Positions 10,650 through 20,833 of a stretch of 64,000 nucleotides of DNA are shown piece after piece. How positions within the stretch are numbered: the first letter of the stretch is position 1; each line of letters begins with the position of its first letter. The translations under genes were made by a program, and so were the position numbers. Where the stretch lies: positions 9,554-73,553 of the forward strand of contig CAXXSM010000140.1 of the NCBI GenBank assembly GCA_963663405.2. Reading direction: 5' to 3'. This DNA is from a bacterium. GTDB lineage: Bacteria > Hinthialibacterota > Hinthialibacteria > Hinthialibacterales > Hinthialibacteraceae. A model generated the notes under the pieces. It saw nothing but the letters and a program-made list of their open reading frames with translations, did not search any database and was not told where the DNA came from.

Positions 10650-11597
10650 ATGGATGACTATTCCACCCATACCGGTGAGATTGTCTCCGTTAATATTTCA
10701 ACGGAGAAGGGAACTGTGAAACGGCCTGTTCCCCGGATCACTATTGATGAACGCGGTGTCGTAGGTGACGCTCACGCGGGCAATTGGGATCGCCAAGTGA
10801 GTATACTCGCATGGGAAAGTATCGAACGCTTCTCCGTAGGAGCGGACCGGCGATTTCAATGCGGGGAATTCGCCGAGAATCTGACCGTGCGTGGCCTCGA
10901 TCTAGGCCAAACGGCGATTCTTGATACATTCCAGATTGGAGAAGTTATTTTGGAAGTTCGTCAATTGGGCAAAGCGTGTCATGGAGACCGTTGTGCGATC
11001 TTTCAAGAGGTAGGCCGCTGTGTGATGCCGAAGGAAGGATTATTTTGCCGTGTGATCAAGGGGGGATCGATCGAATTGGGCGCCACTATTACTCATGTCA
11101 TGCGTCCCTTTCGCATACGAGTGATAACATTGAGCGACCGCGTGAATCAGGGGGAGTATGAAGATCGAAGCGGCCCAAGGATCGTTGAACGGTTGAAAGA
11201 ATTTTTTCAAGATAAACGCTGGCATCCACGTATTGAATCCGTGGTTCTGCCTGACGAAGCGGCGCCGCTCCGCGATGAGATTGAAACGGCGTGTAAACGG
11301 GAGACGGATTTGATTATCACGACAGGGGGAACGGGACTCGGTCCAAGGGATATTACCCCGGATGTAGTGGCTGAAATGGCGGATAAATTAATCCCCGGTG
11401 TGATGGATTCGATCCGGTTAAAATATGGTTTGGACAATCCCAACGCCTTGCTTAGCCGATCCATAGCCGCTGTAGTGGGCTCTACGCTGATTTACACGCT
11501 TCCCGGCAGTGTGAAAGCGGTGGATGAATATCTTTGTGAAATATTTAAAACATTGGAACACACATTCTGTATGCTTCATGGTTTAGGTCACCATTGA
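10650..11597 (+). CDS. MOSC-domain / MogA-MoaB molybdopterin adenylyltransferase fusion
   Basis: N-terminal MOSC (GDAHAG..RQVSIL, GEFAENL, GKACH, CVMPKEG) fused to MogA (ITLSDR, EDRSGP, TTGGTGLGPRDITPD, LPGSVKAV). Confidence 0.92.
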   Translation: MDDYSTHTGEIVSVNISTEKGTVKRPVPRITIDERGVVGDAHAGNWDRQVSILAWESIERFSVGADRRFQCGEFAENLTVRGLDLGQTAILDTFQIGEVILEVRQLGKACHGDRCAIFQEVGRCVMPKEGLFCRVIKGGSIELGATITHVMRPFRIRVITLSDRVNQGEYEDRSGPRIVERLKEFFQDKRWHPRIESVVLPDEAAPLRDEIETACKRETDLIITTGGTGLGPRDITPDVVAEMADKLIPGVMDSIRLKYGLDNPNALLSRSIAAVVGSTLIYTLPGSVKAVDEYLCEIFKTLEHTFCMLHGLGHH

Positions 11598-11620
11598 TCG
11601 CAGTAAAGGGAGAATGAATT

Positions 11621-12553
11621 ATGGGAAAAAATCATAAACGAAAGACTGGATTAACCCGGCGCGGTTGGCTTACGAGCGCCGCGGCGGCCTTGTCGTGGAG
11701 CGTTCTGGCGCCGAAAAGTAGATCGGAAGAAACGGAGGAATCAAATCAAATCGCGCCCCCCGAAGGCTATCGGATTAAGAACGGCCGTATCAAACAAGCT
11801 GTTTATGGATGGTGTTTTCAGTCCGTCCCTATCGATCAATTTATCGGCGCCTGTCACCGCATGGGTGTCTCCGCCATAAATATCGGCCGTCAATACGTTC
11901 CCCAATTAAAAGAACGGGGAATGAACTTGGCGATGCTGAGCAGCCATTCGTTCAAAACAGGGCCATTCAATGTGGATAATCACGCGCATTGCATTGAAAA
12001 ATTGCGGGAAGGAATTGACGCCGCCGCGGAATATGGCGTATCCGATGTGATTACCTTTACAGGCATGCGGGAAAAAGGCGTCTCGGATTACCGGGGCGAG
12101 CGGAATTGTATTGAATGTTGGAAGAAAGTCATCGGATACGCGGAAAAGAAACAAGTGAATCTATGCCTGGAACAACTCAACACGCGCGACGATTCCCATC
12201 CAATGAAGGGACATCCCGGCTATTTCGGCGATGATGTGGATTTCTGCATCGAATTGATTAAAAAGGTTGATTCCCCCCGGATGAAGCTGCTGTTCGACGT
12301 GTATCACGCGCAGGTCATGAATGGGGATGTGATCCGGCGTATCCGCCAGTATAAAGATTACATCGGCCATTATCATGTAGCGGGTGTACCTGGCCGGGGA
12401 GAGCTGGACGATACACAGGAATTGAACTTCCCTGCGATTATGCGCGTGATTCTTGAAACAGGATATACAGGTTATGTGACACAGGAGTTTATACCAACAT
12501 GGAAGGATCCTCTCACGGCCTTGCGCCACGCGGTCCGTGTTTGTGATGTCTGA
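11621..12553 (+). CDS. Hydroxypyruvate isomerase-family TIM barrel, Tat-exported
   Basis: TRRGWL Tat motif; CLEQLN, LLFDVYHAQVMNGD, HYHVAGVPGRGE, QEFIP. Confidence 0.9.
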   Translation: MGKNHKRKTGLTRRGWLTSAAAALSWSVLAPKSRSEETEESNQIAPPEGYRIKNGRIKQAVYGWCFQSVPIDQFIGACHRMGVSAINIGRQYVPQLKERGMNLAMLSSHSFKTGPFNVDNHAHCIEKLREGIDAAAEYGVSDVITFTGMREKGVSDYRGERNCIECWKKVIGYAEKKQVNLCLEQLNTRDDSHPMKGHPGYFGDDVDFCIELIKKVDSPRMKLLFDVYHAQVMNGDVIRRIRQYKDYIGHYHVAGVPGRGELDDTQELNFPAIMRVILETGYTGYVTQEFIPTWKDPLTALRHAVRVCDV

Positions 12554-12555
12554 TT

Positions 12556-13518
12556 TCAGGCCAAGGCTTTCTCTAAGGCCTCTTTCATTTTCTCCAAGCC
12601 GATCCGGGCGGTTTCAAGAGCGTCTTTTTGCCAGTATTCCCGGTTGAATAATTCCAAGGAGAGGACTTTTCTTCCCCCAGTTGAGTGGTAATCGCGCAGG
12701 ATTTGCGTCAATGGCGCGATCCCATCTCCCGGCATGATCCGGTCACCGTCCCGAATGGTTTCGCGTGGAGGATCGGCTGGATAATCGTTAATATGAAAGA
12801 CTTGAATCATCGCGGAACTCAACAGTTTCAAACCGGAAAACGCGGAGCCGCCTTTGTAGACATGATAAACATCGGGAAGGAGGCAGGCCTTCGGATGACC
12901 ACTTTCAATTGCAACGAAGACGGACTCCCCTAATCGATGCAGATTCTTTGAACTTCCCCAGACTTCCACTTGTGGAACTACGCCCATCTGATCGCCCAAT
13001 TCTAATAACGCCCGATATCGCTCCGCCGCTATGAGGAGATCCAATCCCGGTTCACTCGTGGCGCCGGCGGGTGGCGCGGCGATTCGTTTTCCTCCAATTT
13101 GAGCGAGAACATCCATGTCCATCTTGGCGCCTTCCATCCCCTTCGCCCGCGTGGCTTCATCATCCACGATCCATTGATTGAAAGCGATCGCGCTTTCAAT
13201 CGTCAGTCCAAGATCTTCCGCTCGATGACGAAAATCTTTGAGAGATCCTCCTTCTTTCACGTAAGAGTGGATCGAACTGGTCCACGGTTCAATCGCGTCG
13301 TAACCTGCTTGTTTCGCGATTTCGAGTTCCTTAACCAATCCCAGTTGTTGCCCCCGGATCGTTGAGGTGTTCAGGCAGAAACAATAACTCGTTCCGGCGC
13401 CCTCGCCTTTGTTTAAATTGGACGCAGAAACTTCCACCGGCCGCTCCATCATAAGAGCCGCTAAGGACGCGCCGGATGTTGTTAACATTGCGCGTCTGGA
13501 TAATTGTACATTTTTCAC
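12556..13518 (-). CDS. Sugar phosphate isomerase/epimerase (xylose-isomerase-like TIM barrel), Tat-exported
   Basis: SRRAML Tat motif; LNTSTIRG, GYDAIEPW, VEVWG, DVYHVYKGG, HINDY, RIMPGDG, SLELFN. Confidence 0.9.
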   Translation of the reverse strand: MKNVQLSRRAMLTTSGASLAALMMERPVEVSASNLNKGEGAGTSYCFCLNTSTIRGQQLGLVKELEIAKQAGYDAIEPWTSSIHSYVKEGGSLKDFRHRAEDLGLTIESAIAFNQWIVDDEATRAKGMEGAKMDMDVLAQIGGKRIAAPPAGATSEPGLDLLIAAERYRALLELGDQMGVVPQVEVWGSSKNLHRLGESVFVAIESGHPKACLLPDVYHVYKGGSAFSGLKLLSSAMIQVFHINDYPADPPRETIRDGDRIMPGDGIAPLTQILRDYHSTGGRKVLSLELFNREYWQKDALETARIGLEKMKEALEKALA

Positions 13519-13644
13519 GGTATGCTCCAGAATTGATTAAAGTTTAAAAGGAATACAGAGAACGAGAATTATTGTAGAGGAGTGTTTATTTCATAAGAAG
13601 GGCTTATCTTAAGGGATTGTTTTGCTGATTGAGGATTTTCTTTA

Positions 13645-14982
13645 TTACGGTTCAATCTCTTCTTCCGTCTCACCAATGGGGAGGACGTCTGAGATTTCTC
13701 CTTTTGTATTCGCGTCATCAATATAGGCGCCCGTTTCTGGATCGATGACCATGATGGGGGCCAGAATATTGGGATCTGCAGGTGTGGGTAACGCGCCAGA
13801 GCGAAGTAAGAAATAGAGAACAATATTCACAACTTCACCGGTCACGTATGAGACCGGCGCCGTGATCCGGTACGTAATTTCCAATCCCACTTCTTCTTTA
13901 TAAACCGTCGAAATCATAGATTCAATTTCAACGGTCTTGTAAGGTATTGGAACCCAGGCATTTGCGCCTCCTGTGATGGGAAGGCGCGCAAATGCCATAA
14001 ATGGGGGATGGGGATAACATATTTTCAATTGTTTATTATCCCATACCGCTTTGATTTCCCATTGATATTGGGAGGCAAAAACGTCCTCTGGAATGAGAAC
14101 GGTTTGGTAAAAGGTTGTCACGAAATCACCGTTCACCTCTTCCCCGGTTTTACATAGACGAATGTGATGTCCTTTCATTAACGGGTAAAACGCGATCTGA
14201 GGGATATCCGGTTCACTCCTGAGTATAGCCGCATCAGAAATCCGGTCGGGCAGGGTATCTAAATCAGGAGAATCCAGAGGTTGCACTTCTGTACGTCTTT
14301 CGTAGAGTTCATAGCCACATAAGGGTTGGTTACGAACACGCAGTATGACCGCGCCGAAGTGGAATGTTAAAGGAGCGCCTGTGTTGATTATTTGAATTAG
14401 CTGAGTTTGCAGAAGAGAAAAATCGATTATGAGACTAAAATTGGTAAGGCTGATGGATTTGTATTCTGGCATAGCTGGATATTTAACAAAATCAGCTGTT
14501 CCGTTAATATCAAATTCATCGACGGGAGGAAAAAGCGGTTGCGGATCGTTGTTATTGGGATGGCTGAATAATAAATTTGGATTTTTTAATAGTTCAATAC
14601 CGTGATGAAAGGGAAATTCAACTTTAGTTTTTGTTATGTAATATTGAGCTTGCTCTTTGGCGACGGTTAAAAAGACGTGCGCTAAAGCATAATTACCTCG
14701 CCGGAGAAGTATCGGCAGCTTGCGGCTGCGCCAGTCTGGAAACAATGGATTCGCTGGATCAATGTAGATTGGTAAGTCTACATTCCCATATTGATCGTAA
14801 GAAAGTTTTTTTACCGAGCCAAAAGGGCCAGCCAGTCGGACGAAGATCTGGGTTGTTTCGAGTGTTGGCGCTCCCGTTCTTTCATCGGCGAAGGCGTCAT
14901 GATAGCCAGGATTTAAAAGACAAAAACATACGAAAGTCCATAGGAACGGGCGGTAGGAAGATAATGCTCTCATGCTACTCAT
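13645..14982 (-). CDS. Hypothetical secreted protein
   Basis: 445-aa ORF with a signal-peptide-like N-terminus (...YHDAFA/DE); no recognisable family motif. Confidence 0.7.
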   Translation of the reverse strand: MSSMRALSSYRPFLWTFVCFCLLNPGYHDAFADERTGAPTLETTQIFVRLAGPFGSVKKLSYDQYGNVDLPIYIDPANPLFPDWRSRKLPILLRRGNYALAHVFLTVAKEQAQYYITKTKVEFPFHHGIELLKNPNLLFSHPNNNDPQPLFPPVDEFDINGTADFVKYPAMPEYKSISLTNFSLIIDFSLLQTQLIQIINTGAPLTFHFGAVILRVRNQPLCGYELYERRTEVQPLDSPDLDTLPDRISDAAILRSEPDIPQIAFYPLMKGHHIRLCKTGEEVNGDFVTTFYQTVLIPEDVFASQYQWEIKAVWDNKQLKICYPHPPFMAFARLPITGGANAWVPIPYKTVEIESMISTVYKEEVGLEITYRITAPVSYVTGEVVNIVLYFLLRSGALPTPADPNILAPIMVIDPETGAYIDDANTKGEISDVLPIGETEEEIEP

Positions 14983-15292
14983 CTCCAGCTGGGATTAAAT
15001 CTTTATTATTTTCGGTTTTAAATATATTATCTTTAGTTAAACATTATTTGCTACGATAATCTAGAGATTCTTCTTTTATTAATTCATAAAAACAATCATG
15101 ATCGAGATCACAACCTGCAAATAAAAATGAGTCGTGGAAGAGTTTGCGAATGAGATAGTTATGGAAACTCATTTTCATATAAAATTACCATATAATATTA
15201 ATCCAGTCAACATATTTTTATTCCTAATAGGATGAATAACATTTAATTTTGTTTTTAGAAAATCTGCAAACATTCTCATTTTTTCTTGAGAT

Positions 15293-15970
15293 TCAAAGAT
15301 AATCCATTAGTCGTACGGTGAGGGCTTCCGCAATCGTCTCACGGGTTGGCAGAGGTTTGGAAACAGATAGTTTTTCAGAATTCTCCTTCCGCTCTATTAA
15401 ATAACCAATATGTCTGTCATCACCGATCTCTTCAATCCGATTGGCGATGACGACACGGGCTCCGCTGCGGTCCATTAAATCACTGGCGCGCCCGGTCAGT
15501 TCTTCCAGCGAGATCCGCGATTCCAATTTAAATCCAACAATCATTGTTCCCGACGCCCAGGAATGGATTTGTTCGATCAACTTTTCTCCCCGCTTTAATC
15601 GGATAATCCATTCGTCATCATGAGAGGATTTTTTGGACCGCATTCTTTCTACCGGGAAGTAATCCAGCACCGCAGCCGCCATGATAACCGTGTCAATCGG
15701 CTGTTCTTGAAGTATTTGAATCATCGAATCTTTCAATTGAGGAACTGTGCGAAAGCGTTGTAAATGGAGTCGTGGAAACAAATCGGGATCCGGCGCTTCG
15801 CTTGTTTCTCCCGCCAGCATATAGAGATTCGCTTGTTGCCGCAGAATGGCATGCGCGATGGCTGTTCCCAACCGCCCCGTTGAATGATTGGTAATAGAAC
15901 GAACCGCATCGAGAGGAGCGAATGTCGGACCAGAGGTCAGAAGAATCGTTTTTCCTTTGAGAGAAGCCAT
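15293..15970 (-). CDS. coaB: Stand-alone phosphopantothenate--cysteine ligase (CoaB domain)
   Basis: LLTSGPT..PLDAVRSITNHSTGRLG, MAAAVLDY, VGFKLE, VIANR; no CoaC flavoprotein domain. Confidence 0.88.
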   Translation of the reverse strand: MASLKGKTILLTSGPTFAPLDAVRSITNHSTGRLGTAIAHAILRQQANLYMLAGETSEAPDPDLFPRLHLQRFRTVPQLKDSMIQILQEQPIDTVIMAAAVLDYFPVERMRSKKSSHDDEWIIRLKRGEKLIEQIHSWASGTMIVGFKLESRISLEELTGRASDLMDRSGARVVIANRIEEIGDDRHIGYLIERKENSEKLSVSKPLPTRETIAEALTVRLMDYL

Positions 15971-16266
15971 CGTGGAGCCTTATCAATAAATCCGCTTTGC
16001 CTTTGGAGTTTTCAATCCTATACTTTATAAGATTTGCGGTCTAAATAGATTCATAGAACGCCGCTTCATTTTTATTAATCCAGTCAGTATTGAACGATCT
16101 TCATGATTTTGGATTGCGAATTTCATAATCCGCTGATCGACGGTTTCATTTTATCGAAAAAGTGATTTCTTTTTGTCCGAATGGCGCTTTGGTCAATCGA
16201 GCGCTATTATGATACCGTCAATAATGCGGGAAAGGAATTGCAGACTTATTTTTTTAGGTACAGACA

Positions 16267-17904
16267 ATGAAAAAAACAATCTATTGTATGGGCTTGAGTC
16301 TTTGTTTTGTTTCTTCCCTTCTTTGTCAACCGATCGATTTGAACGCGCCGCCGGATGGAACGATTCGATTTATTCGCGGATCATTGAATGGGGCGATTGG
16401 AGAGGTGGTGAGGAATATCGGGGATTTTAATGGCGATGGTTGGGATGATTTGGCTATCAGTTCTCCAGAGAACGACATTGTATCAATTATTTTCGGTAAA
16501 CGGCGTTTAAATCCAATTATCGATTTATCTTCTCTCCGTGTGGATGGGATCACCATCCGGGGAAATACGGGAACTGATTTTGGTGTGACGGTGGAACCGA
16601 TCGGGGATTTCAATCACGATTTTCTCCCGGATATCGCGATCGGCGCTCCCTTCGATGGGGAGGGCGGACGGGTTTATATACTCGGTGGAACCTTTTCACC
16701 TACAAATGTTCGTGTAACAGATGAAAATCAATTTATTGCGATCGTGGAAGGGACCAATGGAGAAAATTTGGGCCGCGTACCCATGAACGGGGGAGATTTA
16801 GATAGCGATCTGTTTTATGAACTGGTGATTCCCAATCCCTATGCGTTCCAAGAAGGGGGGGATTTTCGGCAGGGCGCTGTTTACATGATTTATGGACAAG
16901 ATGATTTTTCTGGAACCATCATACAAACGGATTCTTTGGATCCCGAATTGACTCTAACGATTTATGGTCCCAAACCAGGTGGTGTGATTACACAGGATTT
17001 CGCCCAATGCGCCCATTTCATCGGAGATTATACTGGAAACGGATTTAATGATCTCGCTCTATTCTCGGGTATCTATCAAATGGACCCCCCTGAAAGCCGC
17101 TTGGTGATTCTGCCTGGAGGGGAAAAACTCGTGGGTGTGTATGGAATTGAGGAATTGCCCATTGCATTGGGAGACATTACCTTCCGGACACATACACAAG
17201 CCGGCATGATGGCGATTGATACAATCCGTGGCGGTGACTTGAACGGGGATGGGAAAAATGATCTGGTTTGTGGGATGCCGCGTGGGAACACGCTAGGGGA
17301 TGACCGGACGGCAAGCGCCGCTGTGATTGTGCCGGGAACGCTGGCGATTTCTGAACCTCTCGTGATCGATCAAATCCCTCATCCTCGAACCACAGTGATT
17401 AAACATTGGCAGGGGGATATCCGCTACCGGTCTTCTATTGAACTTTCAGGGAACCGGCTCGCGTTCGGCGCCCCTTCTACACCCAGCGTCTACCGGGCGA
17501 CGGAAGTGACAGGCGCTGTTTATATCATTGATGGATTAAAGTTGGAAGCCGGTCAAGTGGAGCCGCGCCTATCCAGCGCCGCGTCAACGATCATCTATGG
17601 ACGTGGGCATGAGAATTTGGTTGGGATTTCCTTTACTCCCGTGGGCGACATCAATCGGGATGGGACTCCCGAGATTATTGTCAGCGCTCCAGGAGACTCA
17701 AGCTCAGATGGGGCAATCGCGTATCTCGTTTCGATTCGTTCAAGACCGGGAGACTTGAATGGGGATTTACACATCAATCCACGGGATCTGTTCTTTCTTT
17801 TACCCTATTGGAATGGAGCGGATTCGATTGGTGACTTGGATGGGAATGGTGTAACGGATGCGATGGATCTTCTTCAATTGCGATTGAATATATCCGTGTT
17901 TTAG
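16267..17904 (+). CDS. Secreted FG-GAP (integrin-alpha-like) beta-propeller protein with C-terminal dockerin-like domain
   Basis: Signal peptide; repeated GDFNGDGWDDLAI / GDFNHDFLPDIAIGAP / GDLNGDGKNDL / GDINRDGTPEIIVSAP; C-terminal tandem GDLNGDLHINPRDL...GDLDGNGVTDAMDL Ca-loop pair. Confidence 0.88.
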   Translation: MKKTIYCMGLSLCFVSSLLCQPIDLNAPPDGTIRFIRGSLNGAIGEVVRNIGDFNGDGWDDLAISSPENDIVSIIFGKRRLNPIIDLSSLRVDGITIRGNTGTDFGVTVEPIGDFNHDFLPDIAIGAPFDGEGGRVYILGGTFSPTNVRVTDENQFIAIVEGTNGENLGRVPMNGGDLDSDLFYELVIPNPYAFQEGGDFRQGAVYMIYGQDDFSGTIIQTDSLDPELTLTIYGPKPGGVITQDFAQCAHFIGDYTGNGFNDLALFSGIYQMDPPESRLVILPGGEKLVGVYGIEELPIALGDITFRTHTQAGMMAIDTIRGGDLNGDGKNDLVCGMPRGNTLGDDRTASAAVIVPGTLAISEPLVIDQIPHPRTTVIKHWQGDIRYRSSIELSGNRLAFGAPSTPSVYRATEVTGAVYIIDGLKLEAGQVEPRLSSAASTIIYGRGHENLVGISFTPVGDINRDGTPEIIVSAPGDSSSDGAIAYLVSIRSRPGDLNGDLHINPRDLFFLLPYWNGADSIGDLDGNGVTDAMDLLQLRLNISVF

Positions 17905-17932
17905 GGATAAAAGCCGCTATTGTATTCGAATA

Positions 17933-19096
17933 TTATCCAGGGAATGTTTTTTGGTAGGCTTGGATGAATTCGTCTTCGCGGAAGAGGGTAATATAACCAC
18001 GGGCGTGTTCGAAATCGTAAGCGTTTTTGGCGTGGCCCGCCCAATAATACGCGATCCCGATCCGGCCATCGGCGAGGCGCGCCGCGCTGGGATAACCGAA
18101 ATCCCCTCGTACCGGCCGGGAGAAAACGCATCGGTTATTGAGTTCCCAGGATCGTCCATTATCTTTGGACACCATGCCCAGGATCATCTTATCTTCTACG
18201 CTCCGATCTCCATATACAAGTAGAATCCACCCGTTAGATAGAAAAATGAGATCCGCTGGATGCTGACCATTATTGGTCAAGCGCAAAGGGGAGGTCCAAG
18301 TCTGAGCGCCATCGCGGCTGTGTGTGAGATTCAAACGTCCCCCCTTTTCGGTCCGGGCGCATGCCAGCAGATGACCGTCATGCAAGCGCAGCATGGCTGT
18401 TTCATTGCATCCCGCCGCGATTAAATTTGGCTGCTCCCAGGTTAATCCATTGTCCTTTGAACGGACTAAGTAGGCATAGTCCCTAAAATTGTTTTGTGTA
18501 TTGTTAACACCGGGAATTTTTTCAGTGAAAGGGCCATAGACATTCATAAGCAAGGTGTTGTCATTACCTAAAATGATGCGCCCATAGGGAGAGCAACTTT
18601 CCAAACCAGGAATGCCCAGCGGTTTCGGTTCCTCCCATGTTTTTCCTCCATCATCCGACCACGTTACCATACACCGGGCTTTTTTTAATGAGGGATCGTA
18701 TGTTCCTTCCGATGTATAACTGCCTTGTTGGTGATAGGCGAGAAGGAGCCGACCGGTGGGCGTAACGCAGAACGCCGGATTGCGGTCATCGTCTAACGTA
18801 TTCGCCGCGACGATTCCTTGTCCCCAAGTTGTCCCGTCTTCCTGGGTTTGATTGAGGATCAGATAGCCTCCATGTCCTAAATGCCCCCCGCCTCCACGAT
18901 AGACCGCAAACAATTGATTGCCCACACTGTTCAACACGGGGAAATAACCGCTTTTCATTGCGATCGTTGCATGATTGACGGAGGGCAGATCGAAAACATT
19001 CAGCGTTGCAGTGACCGGGATTGACTCTTGGGATTGAGGTTGTGTTCCAAATGTGAGAAACAGGAGAATGAGAATTGATATAAGGCGACCATTCAT
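17933..19096 (-). CDS. Secreted BNR/Asp-box sialidase-like beta-propeller
   Basis: Asp-boxes SDDGGKTW, SKDNGLTW, SRDGAQTW, SKDNGRSW; DDRNP; GYPS. Start moved to ATG 19096 (RBS AAAGGGG) because the upstream gene ends at 19116. Confidence 0.88.
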   Translation of the reverse strand: MNGRLISILILLFLTFGTQPQSQESIPVTATLNVFDLPSVNHATIAMKSGYFPVLNSVGNQLFAVYRGGGGHLGHGGYLILNQTQEDGTTWGQGIVAANTLDDDRNPAFCVTPTGRLLLAYHQQGSYTSEGTYDPSLKKARCMVTWSDDGGKTWEEPKPLGIPGLESCSPYGRIILGNDNTLLMNVYGPFTEKIPGVNNTQNNFRDYAYLVRSKDNGLTWEQPNLIAAGCNETAMLRLHDGHLLACARTEKGGRLNLTHSRDGAQTWTSPLRLTNNGQHPADLIFLSNGWILLVYGDRSVEDKMILGMVSKDNGRSWELNNRCVFSRPVRGDFGYPSAARLADGRIGIAYYWAGHAKNAYDFEHARGYITLFREDEFIQAYQKTFPG

Positions 19097-19115
19097 TATA
19101 ATCCCCTTTCGCAAT

Positions 19116-20479
19116 TTATTCGTCTTCTTCGTTCGAGCCTTCATATTCGTGCAGTTTCCGAATTAAAGTTCGTCTTCCGATTCCCAGAGCTTCTGCGGTT
19201 TTGGTGCGGTTTCCGTTATATTTTTCCAAGGTTTCCAAGATGACCTGTTTTTCGATTCGGATAACGTTGCATTTCCTGCGAGCAAGGGAGGGGAGACGGG
19301 ATCGGTTTGTTGACGCAGTTCGTAGGGAATATTTTCTACGGTAATCTCCTCTTTTTGAGCCATGATGACCATATTCTCAACCATGCCTTGCAGTTCCCGC
19401 ACATTTCCGGCCAGTCGTAGTGTTGGAAAATAGAGATAACCTCATCGGATACTTTCAAGGGCGCTTTTTCATTTTCTCCCGCATACTGGTTGGTAAAATG
19501 GCGGACCAGTAAAGGGATGTCTTCCAGCCGGTCACGGAGAGGGGGCACTTCTATGGTCATGACCTTGAGGCGGTAGAAGAGGTCTTCCGGAATTTGCCTT
19601 CTTTGACAAGCGTTTCCAAGTTTTGATTGGTCGCCGCTAAGATACGGATTATCGACCGAGATTGTTTCGGTTCCTCCGACGCGCTCAAATTTCTTTTTCT
19701 TGAAGTATGCGCAGGAGTTTGACTTGAATGGAAGCGTTGATTTCACTGATTTCATCGAGAAAGAGTGTACCTTGATCGGCGAGTTCAAAACGGCCTTTCC
19801 GTTGTTTGATCGCGCCGGTGAACGCGCCGCGTTCGTGACCGAAGAGTTCACTTTCGAGAAGGGTTTCCGATAAAGCCGCGCAATGGATTGGCACAAACAG
19901 GCGGTTAGCGCGCGGACTGAGATGATGGATCGCCTGGGCGACGAGTTCTTTGCCGGTTCCGGTCTCGCCGGTGATAAGGACTGTCGCTTTTGATGGAGCC
20001 AGTTGCGTCAGTTGCTTTTTAAGATTTTGAATCGCCGGGCTGGCGCCGATAATACTGTCTAAGCCTTCATTTCCTTTATTCTTTTCCCGGTGATATTCCA
20101 CTTCCGATTCGAGCCGCCGCTTTTCAAAGGCTTGATTTAAGAGCAATTCCAACTCATCGAGATTGATCGGTTTCGTAAGATAGTTGAAGGCGCCGAACTT
20201 CATCGCTTCGACCGCCATTTGAATCGTCCCGTAGGCGGTCATGAGGATCACGGTGGGAGGGGCGGATTCTTTGAGGACTTCTTTAAGTAAAGTCATGCCG
20301 TCTATTTCCGGCATACGGATATCGGTCAGGACAATATCATACGAATTTGTTTTCAGTTTTGCGAGAGCCGCTTTACCGTCCGCGGCCGTGTCCACATGAA
20401 GGGAGTTGGACGCAAGGGCTTTCCGGAGTCCCTCTCGCGCGTGTTCTTCATCGTCAACAATTAAAAGTGATCGCCGCAT
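19116..20479 (-). CDS. Sigma-54-dependent NtrC/AtoC-family response regulator (REC-AAA+-HTH), interrupted by about 5 single-base indels
   Basis: REC (VDDE, TDIRMP, KP), [20 protein letters not shown]. Frame-hopping recovers [52 protein letters not shown] ending in TAA at 19116-19118. Indels near 19690, 19650, 19590, 19408 and 19256, all in short base runs. Confidence 0.9.
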
Positions 20480-20833
20480 TGGATATTCCCTGCTATCCGG
20501 TTTCCGTGTTTACACTCTAAATTTAGTATTCTAATAAGTGATTGGATTCATGCAAGCGAGAGCCGATTTCGAAAACGTTAGACGTGATCGTTCGTATGTT
20601 TATGTGGCAAGTGTCTTGTTTCTATGATAGTGTATCTAGGTTTCATTGGCTCTTATACTTGAATTGTCTCAGACCAAAACCTTGACAGTAAACCGCTTTT
20701 TCTAAATGATTAAACCAACTTGCAATCACTCTCACCACTTTTGCAATAGAGCCCCACTCTCATGATGAAAATATAAGAATGGGGAAAGTTATACAGATAC
20801 AGAAAATAATTTAATTTACGAAAGGGGAACGAA

